Below, piece by piece: positions 1 through 34,200 of a stretch of DNA of 64,000 nt. The notes under the pieces are model-generated. The model saw only the letters and a list, made by a program, of their open reading frames with translations. It searched no databases and was not told the origin of the DNA. Position numbers and translations under genes: made by a program. Position 1 is the first letter of the stretch. Every line of letters starts with the position of its first letter. This DNA comes from Antedon mediterranea (lineage: Eukaryota > Animalia > Echinodermata). Where the stretch lies: positions 15,049,432 to 15,113,431 of the forward strand of contig NC_092679.1 of NCBI RefSeq assembly GCF_964355755.1, in the 5' to 3' direction.

Positions 1-390
1 ATAAGTGATTATTCATTTTAATTTAAGATTATATAAATGCAAAGAGTAATTGGAAATTCAATTTTTGAAAATTTGTACTATTGTTTAATAATTGTTTGCC
101 TTTATCAAATATTACATTTATTATTGTTATGTTTTGTCATTGTGTACGAAGATAGATATTATAATAATTTAATAAAAAATAAGAAGGATATTCACCTTAT
201 ACTGAAAACACCCTACTGAATTAAATTTCCAAACAATTCATATTTAAATTGGAAGTAAACAAATGTAACCTCATTCTATTATAGAGATTGATTAAAAAAA
301 ACCATCTAACATTGTCATACACCCTAAACTTTAACAATGGTACAGTCCATAATGGGTGGGTATTGTCCTGGTGGTTATTGTCCGGGTTTA

Positions 391-22281
<21,891 letters not shown>

Positions 22282-22887
22282 TTAAAACCATAAATTCAAT
22301 GATTTTAATAAAGCATACTATTTTGTTGGCACGGTTACCGATATTGTTTACACACGGCTAAGCCCCGCGCCAAGGAATCCCGATCACGTGATATGTTATA
22401 CGTCCAATCAATTATCTTAGTAAATGGGGATTTCCCTTTTTGACCAGGTCCTACGTAAAAAAAATACGCCTCTTTTTTAGAATTCTATATTTTACATGGA
22501 CAAACGTTTGTCCATGATATCACACAACATACAGAATAAAAATATTCAACCATATTTTATTATTGTCAAAGAATTGTTTATGCCTTAAATATTAGGTTTT
22601 TACAGATAAAAAATAAGCTACCATGGTGCCGAATGAATAGATCCCATGATAACCCGCATGATAACCTATTAAACAAAAAACATATAGGTCTAGTGTGCCA
22701 CTTTTAATTTTAATTGCTAATCTATATGGCATATTAAGTAGGCCTATTGCAGTGTTAATTTGCTAAAGTATGATTATTGGGTTATTTTGACCTGTCCTAT
22801 TGTTCCTTTATGTTGTTTATTGATGATTTGCTAACTTTGAAAATACTGTCACTATGTAACTGTACGGTATATTTGTGTTCATACGAA

Positions 22888-23032
22888 ACAAGGCCATAAA
22901 CATGGCTGCAGTCCCGTGCTCAAATTTGAGTTAGTGTTCAACCGACCGACCGACCAACAGACCGACCGACCAACCGATCGACCAACCGACTGACATAGTG
23001 AGCTGTAGAGTCGCGTTTGCACGCGACTAAAA
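22888..23032 (+). mobile_element. Short Helentron-associated (DINE/HINE-like) element
   Basis: acaaggccat..atggc 5' motif, (ACCG)n microsatellite, 3' hairpin agtcgcg..cgcgact followed by A-run. Confidence 0.65.
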
Positions 23033-24503
23033 ACATGAAATCTATCTGATTAGAAATACAACAAATTATACACCAGCCAGTGTATTGTCATGTTGAAGGA
23101 CACGCAACACGTACCACCATTCAATCATGTTTTAACCTGATATTAAGTACAGTACTACCGTACTCTATATGCAATCGTTTTATATAATTTATGATAATTT
23201 ATCCAAATATACCTCGTAACGACTGGATGAGGAGTCAGAATTCAAATAGATCCATCGCGATGTGTTGTATTGGTTGTCAAAATTCATATTTAATGTTCTG
23301 ATTTTTTTCATATTAAAAAAGGTATGGATTTCCATCATTCAGTTATATTTTTTAAACATTAGTGAATTTATTTTACGTTTTAGAAAGTCGGTACTGAATG
23401 TGACGTGGAATATAGTGTGGCTATTGCTACACTGACGAGTGTATCGATCACCAAGACGGTATTTTCTTTGAATCCAATGGTTCGTATGATTTGCTTTTAA
23501 TATTATTATAATATATATAATGCTTGAGCCTATACTTATTAAATTATATATAAACAAAGAAGTTAGATATCTAAGTTAATATCATTAATTATTTAGGCCT
23601 AATGATGGATTTATTATTGATTGAATAGGTTGATGACGACATCATAGCATCATAACTAGGCCTCATCTCACGTTGAGTCACTGATATAATTCTAGGGTAT
23701 AGAAAGGCTTACATTAAAGAACATTTTGATAAGATACACGGCTGCCTAAACAGGTTAGGTTCATAAGTTATGAGTGTTAAACTGATTATGTGCATTACAT
23801 TTTTCCTGTTACGTAATTCTATAGTCATCTGATCGACCGATTGCATGTTTGTGATTCTAACCTTTCAGCGATGATCTTTTGACATATATTTTCTCCACTT
23901 CGCATTTGTCTTATGTCTATGCTTGTTGTGGGTTTCGTCACAATGTTTCTTATTTTCTGATTAATTGTATCGTCTTCTTCTCTTCTTAAGACCAATCCCT
24001 TATAAAAGTTTCATGGAATTCACCCAACCATCGCGGCATTGTGTACCAAAACATCAATCATTCATTTTGAGTGGAAATTGAGTGTTAGTCATTATTATTA
24101 ATCTACTTAATGTATATTAATATTATTATATAAACAGAACATGAATTCTAAACCGCCTGGTGATATACTGACATTTTATTATTTAATTCGAAACGATTAA
24201 GATGAAAAATATTTAGAAATATTGTCCTCCTGAAAAAATGTTATAGTAGTTCCACTTTGACAAAATATTGGATCGAAAAAAAAGTATTTACCTGAAAAAA
24301 AAATCTAATTTAAAGCAAAATAGTCAAATCATCTGTCGGACGATGTTTTTTTTTTACATTTTAGTAAGTGCTAAGTTTCAAGCAACTTTATTAACGTTGG
24401 GAATGTGTGATAAATAATAATTATCCATCAATTTTTGTTTTATCATTAATCATAAAGATATCCAATGGTCAAGGCAACGTAACGTCTAACGTCTCCGGCA
24501 GTG

Positions 24504-24591
24504 ATGCTTTTGTTTGCGCTTCATGTGACTGTTTTCATGACACTGAATGTAAAGTTAGCCTCTAGTGATGATGGAAAATGCATATTTGTTG
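24504..24591 (+). CDS. Kelch membrane protein exon 1 (signal peptide)
   Basis: Hydrophobic N-terminus, strong donor gtaagt, phase matches exon 2. Confidence 0.7.
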
Positions 24592-26213
24592 GTAAGTAAG
24601 CCTATATCATATTAAATTTAACCATGCATATCCATTTTTAATTATTCTATTGTAATCAATCATTATAGTAGTATAACCAGAAACACTACGAATACAGGCT
24701 GTTTCTTGTTGACGGTTAGACCGCAAAGGAGTACAAAGTATCGCCTTCTCTTCTTCTTATAGAGGTTTACCCTCCGATGAATAGGGGTTGGTGTTAAAAC
24801 TTTATTATCTCCCTCCCCACCCCCATCGTTTATTTATGGAAGAGCGTCCCATTGTGGTGTCACTGAATAGGGATGTTTAAAGAAAGGGTTCGTATACTGT
24901 GTTATTTTATTATATTAACATAATATATACATTTTTTGGCAGAATGGAATATTGTAGAATTGAGAGAAGGAGAGAACCCTCCGTTTCTAACCAGCACTGG
25001 TCACTGCGTCTCGGCAGATGGAGTTGCCTGGATGTTTGGCGGAATACAGTACTCGACAGCCAACCACCACAGTGACATCACAGACCAGTTGTGGAGTTAT
25101 GATACCAATACACATGGATGGAGAATGCATCAGAAATGGTCAGGATCAGATGAATGGCCAATGCCTAGACACAGTGCTAGGCTTTGCTGTGGTTTAAAGC
25201 ACCTTGTTCTTTACGGAGGTACCGAATCACGTTTTGCAACGCTTAACGACTTGTGGATCTTTGACAGAACCAGTGGTTTGTGGAAAGACATCACATCGGC
25301 GTCAACAAACACTGAACACATACAATTGATAAATTCTCCATTTGTGACGTCTTGGTGTTGGAACGATTCTTTGTGGTATGCTCAGAACACATGGGATGGG
25401 ACAATCAAACAGAAGCAAGTGACTCACTTTGCGTCTGACACAAACCAGTGGCTAACTGAAAGTCTTCCTATTGACGCTAATAAGACAGATGACTCTACTA
25501 ATAAAAGAGATGCTGGAGATGGTAAATCTATCATCGTGTTTGGTTCCTCTGTCTGGTTCTTTCCTGACATCGGATCCACCTCAGTTACTTCTTTAGGAGA
25601 TGTCCAAGCAGAGATGTTTTCAAAGGAAACATCTCGCTGGGAATTTTATTCTTTTCAAATTGAATCCGCATGCTCAACAACATTGGACAATAATTCAGAG
25701 ATATCTCTAGTTCAGAATAAATCAAAAGATCAGAGCTTCTCTGATGATTTATATGAAAATGCAACTATTATTCTAGGACGTAAGAATCATCTCTCACGCG
25801 TTTGGAGCTTTCATATTGCCGCCAAAAAAATGTGGTTGTCTGACTCTTGTAACAATATTCTTGCGTATGGAATGCCAGTAAATTCATGTGTATTGGAAAA
25901 CAGTTCTCGGTGGTTGTTTGACAATGTTTGGTATTCACATGGCGGTGTCCTGATTTGCAAGCATAACGGCGAGTTTTATCTTGACCAACTGTGGTCAGTT
26001 GAGTCAAACACAATGACCGTCTGCAATGACATGTATGCATTGTCACCTGGTGTGATATTTATGTTAATTTTCTTTACTTTATCGTCAATGGCTATCATCA
26101 TTCTATGTGGTATAGTGTTAAGAAAGTGTGTAAACGGACCGTACCTAAAACCACCGGTGCATTATGGGAAAGCAATAAGGTATTCACAGTTAGCTCTTGA
26201 AGAAATAACATGA
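24504..26213 (+). CDS. Type I transmembrane protein with extracellular Kelch repeats (~452 aa); exons 24504-24591 and 24943-26213
   Basis: Exon 1 MLLFALHVTVFMTLNVKLASSDDGKCIFV (signal peptide) splices G|gtaagt...ggcag|AA in phase 1 into the 425-aa ORF. Kelch GG-x-W repeats (MFGGIQY...DQLWSYD; PMPRHSA...LYGG...NDLWIFD). TM segment GVIFMLIFFTLSSMAIIILCGIVL; tail RYSQL. Confidence 0.82.
24943..26213 (+). CDS. Kelch membrane protein exon 2
   Basis: Long ORF with Kelch repeats, N-glycosylation sequons and a TM helix. Confidence 0.85.
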
Positions 26214-28132
26214 AAAAGTATATTTATTTATTGTGCTTTTCGAAACAACAAATTGAAAATAGTGGTGCAAAAACCAACATAAAAAAGTTATATGATATTT
26301 TATATTAAAATTAAAGCAAATCTTAAAAACAATAATTAAATTATCACTTTTTTAACTTGCCTTGTACGGTATAATGGATTCTTCGACCGATCATTTGCAC
26401 AGCTTGTGTAGCTACAGTAATTTCACTCTTCCCTGGTCGGGATGTATAATAATGGTATCAGATCTAAATACAGAAAGTAAAAATATTATTATGAAAAGCA
26501 AGGAGAATGTTCCTACGAGTTTTTAAGTCAAATATATAACATTTTCACGGACAAATTAGTAATATAATAATTATCCGCATGGCCCGCTATACCATATCAT
26601 ATGACATGCATACTATTACTGTTATGCAGAAAGATGTACGGCATCTGTTAATATTAACATTAATTTGTAATACAATAATTATATCTGCAGGGCCCGCTTT
26701 GTATACCGTATATCACATGACATGATACGGGATCTAATAATAATTGACATTAGGAACATTGTACATTAGCTATTTAATGCTCAATGAATCAAGAAACTGA
26801 ATATTCTAAATCAAATAAAAGATTTGTTTAAACTAAATGTACAGTTTAATATCTCTTAATGAAACATCGTTTTGTTACCTTTTTAATAATAAAGTAAAAC
26901 TAATCACTCCTCTTAGAGCTAATTAATAGCGTAGTTGATAACTTTTTTAAATTTATTTATACATTTATATACATTTATAGGTCTTTGTGTGTTACTGTTT
27001 TCAGTATATGTGTAAGCCTACTATGCTTTCGTTTGTACGTTAAGCAGCCTATGCGCAGACTATCAGCGTATCATGCGCAGTATGTCGTAAAACAGTTCAT
27101 ACGCGAAATCGAGTCAATCACTTTATAATTATCTGGTATTGGTCTGTCTTTTTAATTTCTTATCGTTGCTATGTTTACTACGTTTTTGAATTTAAGTGCA
27201 ATATCTTCTAAGTTACCGCATTCTAGGCCTAGGCCTATTTAAATATTGTTTTATATCGGCTTAAGTAGATGGCCTTACTGTCATGCAATGTTTAACATGG
27301 GTGTCTTCCAAATATTATATTCCAAAGGAAGAAACTGATTTTGCAATGATAAAATCATTTATCGATTATCATAAACAATTGTAATTAAAAGATTATCATA
27401 TTATTAATAAGTCATATTGAATGTAAGTGAATTATATAGCTGTTATTATGTTGTCACAACGACAATAATTTTACTATTGTTTTTTACAGTTTTGTGTGAA
27501 TATACCGTATTAAAAATGTGAAAACTAACAATTAGTACAAGCTTTTTTATTTTGCATGAGTCGTCGATGTTTAGTCGTTATCAAGATTCAATGGTAGGCG
27601 TAAAATGTGAATCGTTTTTATTTAGTTTAAACTTTCGGTAAAACTCTTTTGTAGGAACTCGTTTTTGATAAAACACGAAGGGCAAAAATAATACTGTTAT
27701 TACAAGATAAAAGATATAATTTATTGTCACTTTTGGAAATACAAATTATTTTTCCTGATGCTAAAGTAAGAAAGTAGAAACAAATAGGCCTACAGTAGGC
27801 CTACAAAACAGACAAACCGCCAGATAACACGTCTTAAAATATAATTAACTTGTGGCCCAACGGGCTTCTGTAGTGTTTATGTGTGTTTTATTGAAATACT
27901 AAATCAATTAATGAATTAAATATTAATTTATATTTATATAAAGAATGTACCGCAAAAAAAAAAAAGTGCCGCGATATAGGCCTATCACACACAATTTACA
28001 GCGTGTGACGGGATTTCGATGAACTGTTTGAGGGCGTCCTTTTGGTCAGACAATTTGGATTTTTTTTTTATCTGCATGTGTTAATTTGAGTGTTAAAATA
28101 CATTCTTTTATTGGCACTTCTTAGATCTTGTA

Positions 28133-28207
28133 ATGGGAGTTCCAGCCTTTTTCAGATGGCTTAGCAAAAAATACCCGTCAATTATTGTACATTGTGTTGA
28201 AGAAAAG
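28133..28207 (+). CDS. XRN2: XRN2 exon 1
   Basis: [25 protein letters not shown]|gtaaga. Confidence 0.92.
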
Positions 28208-31200
28208 GTAAGATATGGCATTAAATATAGCAGTTAAATGTAGGCTAGGTCGGTCTGCTGAGCCGCGAGCGGCTTTTTTTGTTGCAGGATGCGCCTTTTT
28301 TGCGGCGTTTCTGTCGTGGATGGTGTAACGTGAAGTTAGCTTAGGCCTAGGCTAGGCTATCAGGCTGTCAGACCAAGATCAGGTTGCTTCTATGTTTTTG
28401 TTTCGTAAGCTTTACATTGTTATTAATGTACAGTAATGATTTAAATTAAAAATATTTGGCTAGTCCTAGGCCTAATCTTTATATAGAAATTTACATTTAT
28501 TTATAAATTATGATTTATTAAACTTCTGGCTGCTGCTGATATTGTCAAGTGAAGAAAGTAGGCCTATAGTACTACCTACAGTAGCTAACCTTGTAACCAG
28601 TAATTTGTCATGTTCAAATTTGCAATCTGCCTCAGGGATCGGAATACTTCACTCTATCCTGTTTATTTATTTATTTATTTACCAGATTTCTATAGCGCCC
28701 TTTTCATGAAAACTCATGCTCAAAGGCGCTTCACATCATAAAGACAAACATCATAAGCAATAATTACAAAAGTACCTCAAATTATTCGAAATAAGATTTC
28801 TTAAACTAAGTTATAAATATTCTTACTGTACATTAATTAAAATCGCATAAAATAGAAAAATAAAATGAACGATATACAAAATAGGTCGGAATTTCTTAAC
28901 ACATTGACTGCCAAGGCATTTTCCGTAATTTCTGTCCCAGTGCCAAGTCCCGTTTACATATTAAATTACAGTTTGAAAGTGTAACATCTGGTCACAGACT
29001 ATCATGATGTCATTCAAAATACGATGGCGGGAAAAACCGTTGAGACGTATAAATACGTCACTGGCAATGGTCCAACAATTTTATTGACTTTGCCAGGAAC
29101 GTAAATATACGTCGGGGATTTTCCGCGCTAAAATCGGTCAAACCTATCACCGAGAGATAAAAACAGTAAACCACACTGAATCATTTCATCCTTTATTATT
29201 TTTATTTACTATTAGCGCAATTTATGACATGTTTGAGATGATTATATTGAGTGTGAGGGCGCCATCGTATCAACCATATTCAATGCATGAGGGAATAAAC
29301 ACAAACAAACATATGACATTTATTTTTAGATTATCGTTTACGTACATCATTCATAAACTGCCATGCGATAATTCCTGTTCCAATCACCACTGCCAGCGAT
29401 TCTACATACAATACAAAAGTGCTACGATTTTGACGTAGTATTACGTCTTGGCAAGTAGCGACACGCAATTTTTGACGTATAAATACGTTGTGGCAGTGAA
29501 CGTGTTAAACTACGATTACAAAAATACAATTTATTTACATATTAATTATTATTTAATTTATTTATTCATTTATTTATTTAATTTATTTTTTTAATTTTAA
29601 TTTAATTTAATTAAATTGATTAAAAATATTATTGCACAGTAATTGACCAAACAAATTGCAGTAGAAAAATACAAGATTACAAAAATAGGCATCAATATAC
29701 TATATTCAAATTGAAATCAATCATTGTTGTAGTATGACACAAATAAGTGTGTTTTAAGTTTCCCCTTAAAAATGTTCAAGGAAGAAGCACTGCGGAGCTG
29801 GTATGGAAGAGCATTCCATAGAGTCGGCGCGGCCTTCATGAAACACCTTTCACCATACGATTTGGTTTTAACTCTAGGAACACATAAAGTAAAAGAATCC
29901 TGTGATCGTAATGACCTATTTGGTTGATAAACCTTCAGCATATCATTGATGTAAGTCGGCTCCTGATCATGCAATGCCTTGAAGGTGTGTACAAGTAACT
30001 TATACTTTATGCGTGCCTGCACCGGTAGCCAATGGAGCTCCTTTAAAATAGGTGTAATGTGCTCATATTTACAGGTTTTCGTAATTATTCGCGCTGCCGT
30101 ATTCTGGACTTTTTGTAATTTATCAATAGTTGTAGTCGGCAGACCATAAAGTAAGGCGTTACAATAGTCCATACGAGAGATCACCAGCGACTGTATCAAT
30201 GATTTCGTGGCATCATATGTTAGATGACGTCGGATATGAGAGATGTTACATAAGTGCATATATAACACTGCCTCGAGATCGATTGTACATGTGAATCCAT
30301 AGTAAGATGTTTGTCGAATATTACTCCGAGGTCTCTCACAGTCGACGTTGGTTTTAGAACTATGTTTCCGACATTCACGTCCAAATTTATACTGGTCTTA
30401 GTGTACCGTGACGAAAAGAGTATCACTTCCGTTTTTCCTTCATTTAATTTCAGTATGTTTTGGGTCATCCATACCTTGACATCTGAAACACATTTTTCCA
30501 TCGAAATTAGAGCAGATTGTATTTCTGACTTGTCATTTTGGGCGAAAAGAAACGTACATTTGCGTATCATCCGCATACAACTGGTAGCCGAGTCCATGTC
30601 GCCGAACGATGTCTCCAATGGGCTTTGTGTACATCGAATAAAACTTCGGTCCAAGGACCGATCCTTGCGGTACTCCATATTTAAGGGGAAGTGGATTCGA
30701 ACGCGCATTATTAATGAACACTGATTGATAACGATCCTTCAGATAAGATGCAATCCATGCTAGGGCATTTCCACGTACTCCAAAATGATGATAAAGCCGT
30801 TGAAGTAGTGTCTGATGGTCGATCGTATCAAAGGCGGCTGAAAGGTCAAGTAGTATAAGCGCAGAAGCGTAACCCTTGTCTAGAGACGTGATAATGTCAC
30901 TTTGGACCTTCAGAAGGGCAGTCTCCGTTGAGTGAAATTTCCTGTATGCCGACTGATTGCACTCATGAACGCCATTAATTACAATGTGTTCTTCTAGGCT
31001 TGCGTCAACAACTTTTTCAAGGATTTTGGACATGAATGGTAGGTTAGATACAGGTCTATAGTTCTTGAGAGTCTCCGGATCTAGGTTACGTTTCTTTATG
31101 AGAGGTTTAAGAAGCGCATGTTTAAAATCGCGTGGAACGTAACCCGTCTGTGTTGGCACCAATACCTAGCCCGCTACACCCTCTGACATGCCTCGAAGTA

Positions 31201-34200
31201 TGACCCTCAAACTAAATTATGAATTGATCTTGTCTTATACAGTAAAAAGTATGCCTCCTGTTTTTTTTCAGGTAAAAGAAGTGAACGATGTGAAAATACC
31301 AGTGGATTTAACAGAACCAAATCCGAACAGTGTTGAGTTTGATAATCTGTACTTGGACATGAATGGTATTATCCATCCATGCTGCCATCCAGAGAATAAG
31401 TGAGTATGGATCCTACACCGCACACTGCATGATGCTATACTTTAGTACGAAAATAGTAGTACCACACTCGCCTAACCCCTAACCCTGATAAAATGAAGCT
31501 CAGTATTATTAGTGGAACCCCTTTTTGGGACATCCCTATTTAGGGGAAACCTCTATTAAGGGACAACCTCTATTAAGGGACACTTTCATGTGAATTGCAC
31601 AAGGTGCAATATATTTACCCTAATAATGAGCTAGTTCATAAATTATAAATCAGTAAAATATAATGTGTGTCAAGACAGTACCTAGACAAATAGGGGTGCT
31701 GCTTTAAAATCTTGACTCGCGAAATTAAAGTAATAATTTGTGAAATCTCATTACTAAATCGAAACCTGATAAAATTGTTTTCACAACCCCCATTAAAGCA
31801 GCACCCCTATTCAGAGGACACTTTGTAGAGGCCTAAAGGTATCCCTTAGTATTCTAATTATACTCTTTAATAGATTTTACTTTATTTAATTGGCATTTGT
31901 TTATAGACCAGCACCAAAAAATGAAGATGAGATGATGGTATTGATCTTTGAATACATTGATCGCCTCATGAGCATTGTCCGTCCTAGAAAGCTGTTGTAC
32001 ATGGCGATTGATGGAGTGGCACCTCGTGCTAAGATGAATCAGCAGAGATCTCGTAGGTTCAGATCTTCTAAGGAAAGCAGGTACCGTATATCGTTACGTT
32101 AAATTAAAATGTTTTATCCGTGACAGAACATAGTCAAGTGAGATTGATGTATGTTACTATTGAATGAACAAATCATGGAAAAAATAAAATTCCTCTATGA
32201 CTGAATTAGTAAGTTCCTGTTTGTATTGCATGTGAAATCAACCATAAACACTAAACATTTTTCAGGTGTCAACTTATCCTAAAATTATACCATACCATAA
32301 AATAACTAAAAAGCCATACTGTGGCAAAAATACTGTTACCAAATTATGTTATGATTGTAACATTTTTAAACATTTAGCGATCTCTCTCTTCACTCCTCAC
32401 CAATGAAAAACATATTTTATCTTTTCATTTCCTTCACATTATTTTCATAATCAAACTAAAGATTTCATAAAGACTTGCTGCTAAATATTTTAAAATTAAA
32501 TCAAATATTATTTTCTTCATTAGAGAAAAGCGCGAGAGTGTCAAGAAAATCAAACAGGAGATTTTAGAACGAGGTGGTTCTGTACCTCCAGATAAGGCTG
32601 CCACAGAACATTTTGATAGTAACTGCATCACACCCGGCACAGAGTTTATGGCGTACTTGGCAGAGTGCCTTCGATATTATGTCACAGACAGGTTAAATAA
32701 CCACCCTGGCTGGAAGGATCTTAAGGTAAAATAATAAAATTCAATGTTTATGTGTGTTTGCACATAATGGCCATTTTAAAAGGTTTAATTGCACTGCCTA
32801 ACAGCAGTTTTTTTATTAATGTTTCTTAGAAATGAAAATACAAAAGATATATGTAAGTAACGTAATAAAATAATATAAATTTCTTTAAATATTGTTATAG
32901 TTCCAAAGTATTTTTACCATTAAAAGCACATTTGGAATATTAGACTTTTCAGAAAACCAGACTTTTTAGGCCAGCTCAAGCTCGAAGGGTGTGTCCGAGA
33001 TATTAGGAGTGTTGACTGTAATTCAAAAATGAATTGAATTTGTATTTTGTCTTTTTTTCAGGTTGTTTTATCAGATGCTAATGCACCTGGAGAAGGGGAA
33101 CACAAGATAATGGACTATATTCGAAAGCAAAGGCGTAAGTAAATAAATTTGTGCTCAATAGTATACTTTTTCAGTGTGTGAAATGGCAAGGCAATCTAAC
33201 AGGTTGCTGAGCTTCAGTTTGTTTATTTGTGGCTGCGACACTGGTCAATTGGCTTCCTCAAATGTTTGGTTAACAGATACCGCGCTGCGGAGAATATGTA
33301 CATAGTACAGTACTATTGGTATTTGTCCCAGCCAGGGACTTCTAAGAGTTCCTATCTTGGCAAGGCGAGCTCAGCGTTCTGTTGTTAGATTACCTTGCAC
33401 ATAGTAACACCAAAAATAGAAATGAAATATATAATGAAAAATATTTTTATACAGACATTCAATTAATATATAGTAAAACCCCTCCTTTGGGACACCCTCA
33501 TTCAAGGGACATCCCTATTACTTTCCAGTGCAACAAGCAAGAATAAATACATATATCAATTCGCCTCTCATAATTAAACAAAAGTTGTTAGTACTGAATG
33601 TTGGGGAAAGTTTATGAGAAACGGCACTCGCCACGTAATGAGGAATTTACATCATGTATGATTGAAATTCTTTTATATTGAATAGTACAGTAGTTAATTT
33701 TACTTTTCTGTAATTTTATTTCATTGTTGAAAATTGTTACTTTATTCTGTTTTTATTATAAATATTAATATGTTCCAAATGTTTTCAATTCATGTACAAA
33801 CATGAGTGAGATAATGCATCCTTAATGCTCTCTTAATGTTCTTTTCAGCCAATCCTGATCATGACCCCAACACTCATCATTGTCTATGCGGAGCTGATGG
33901 TAAGTTAGCAACCAGTGTCTAGTTGATTTTTCTAAAATAAATGTTGTTTTTCTCGGATAGGCAATTTCCCACATGGACAATTTACCACATGGACAATTTT
34001 CCACATGGACAATTTATCACATGGACAATTTACCACATGAATAATTTTCCCCATGGGCAATTTACCACATGGGCAATTTACCACATGGACAATTTTTCCA
34101 GACGGAAACATTTCTTAGCTATTTTCCCAATAGCATTATACCATATTCTATTTGAAAAAAAATGTATTCTATGGTTTGAGGTATACTATCTTTTCTACAC

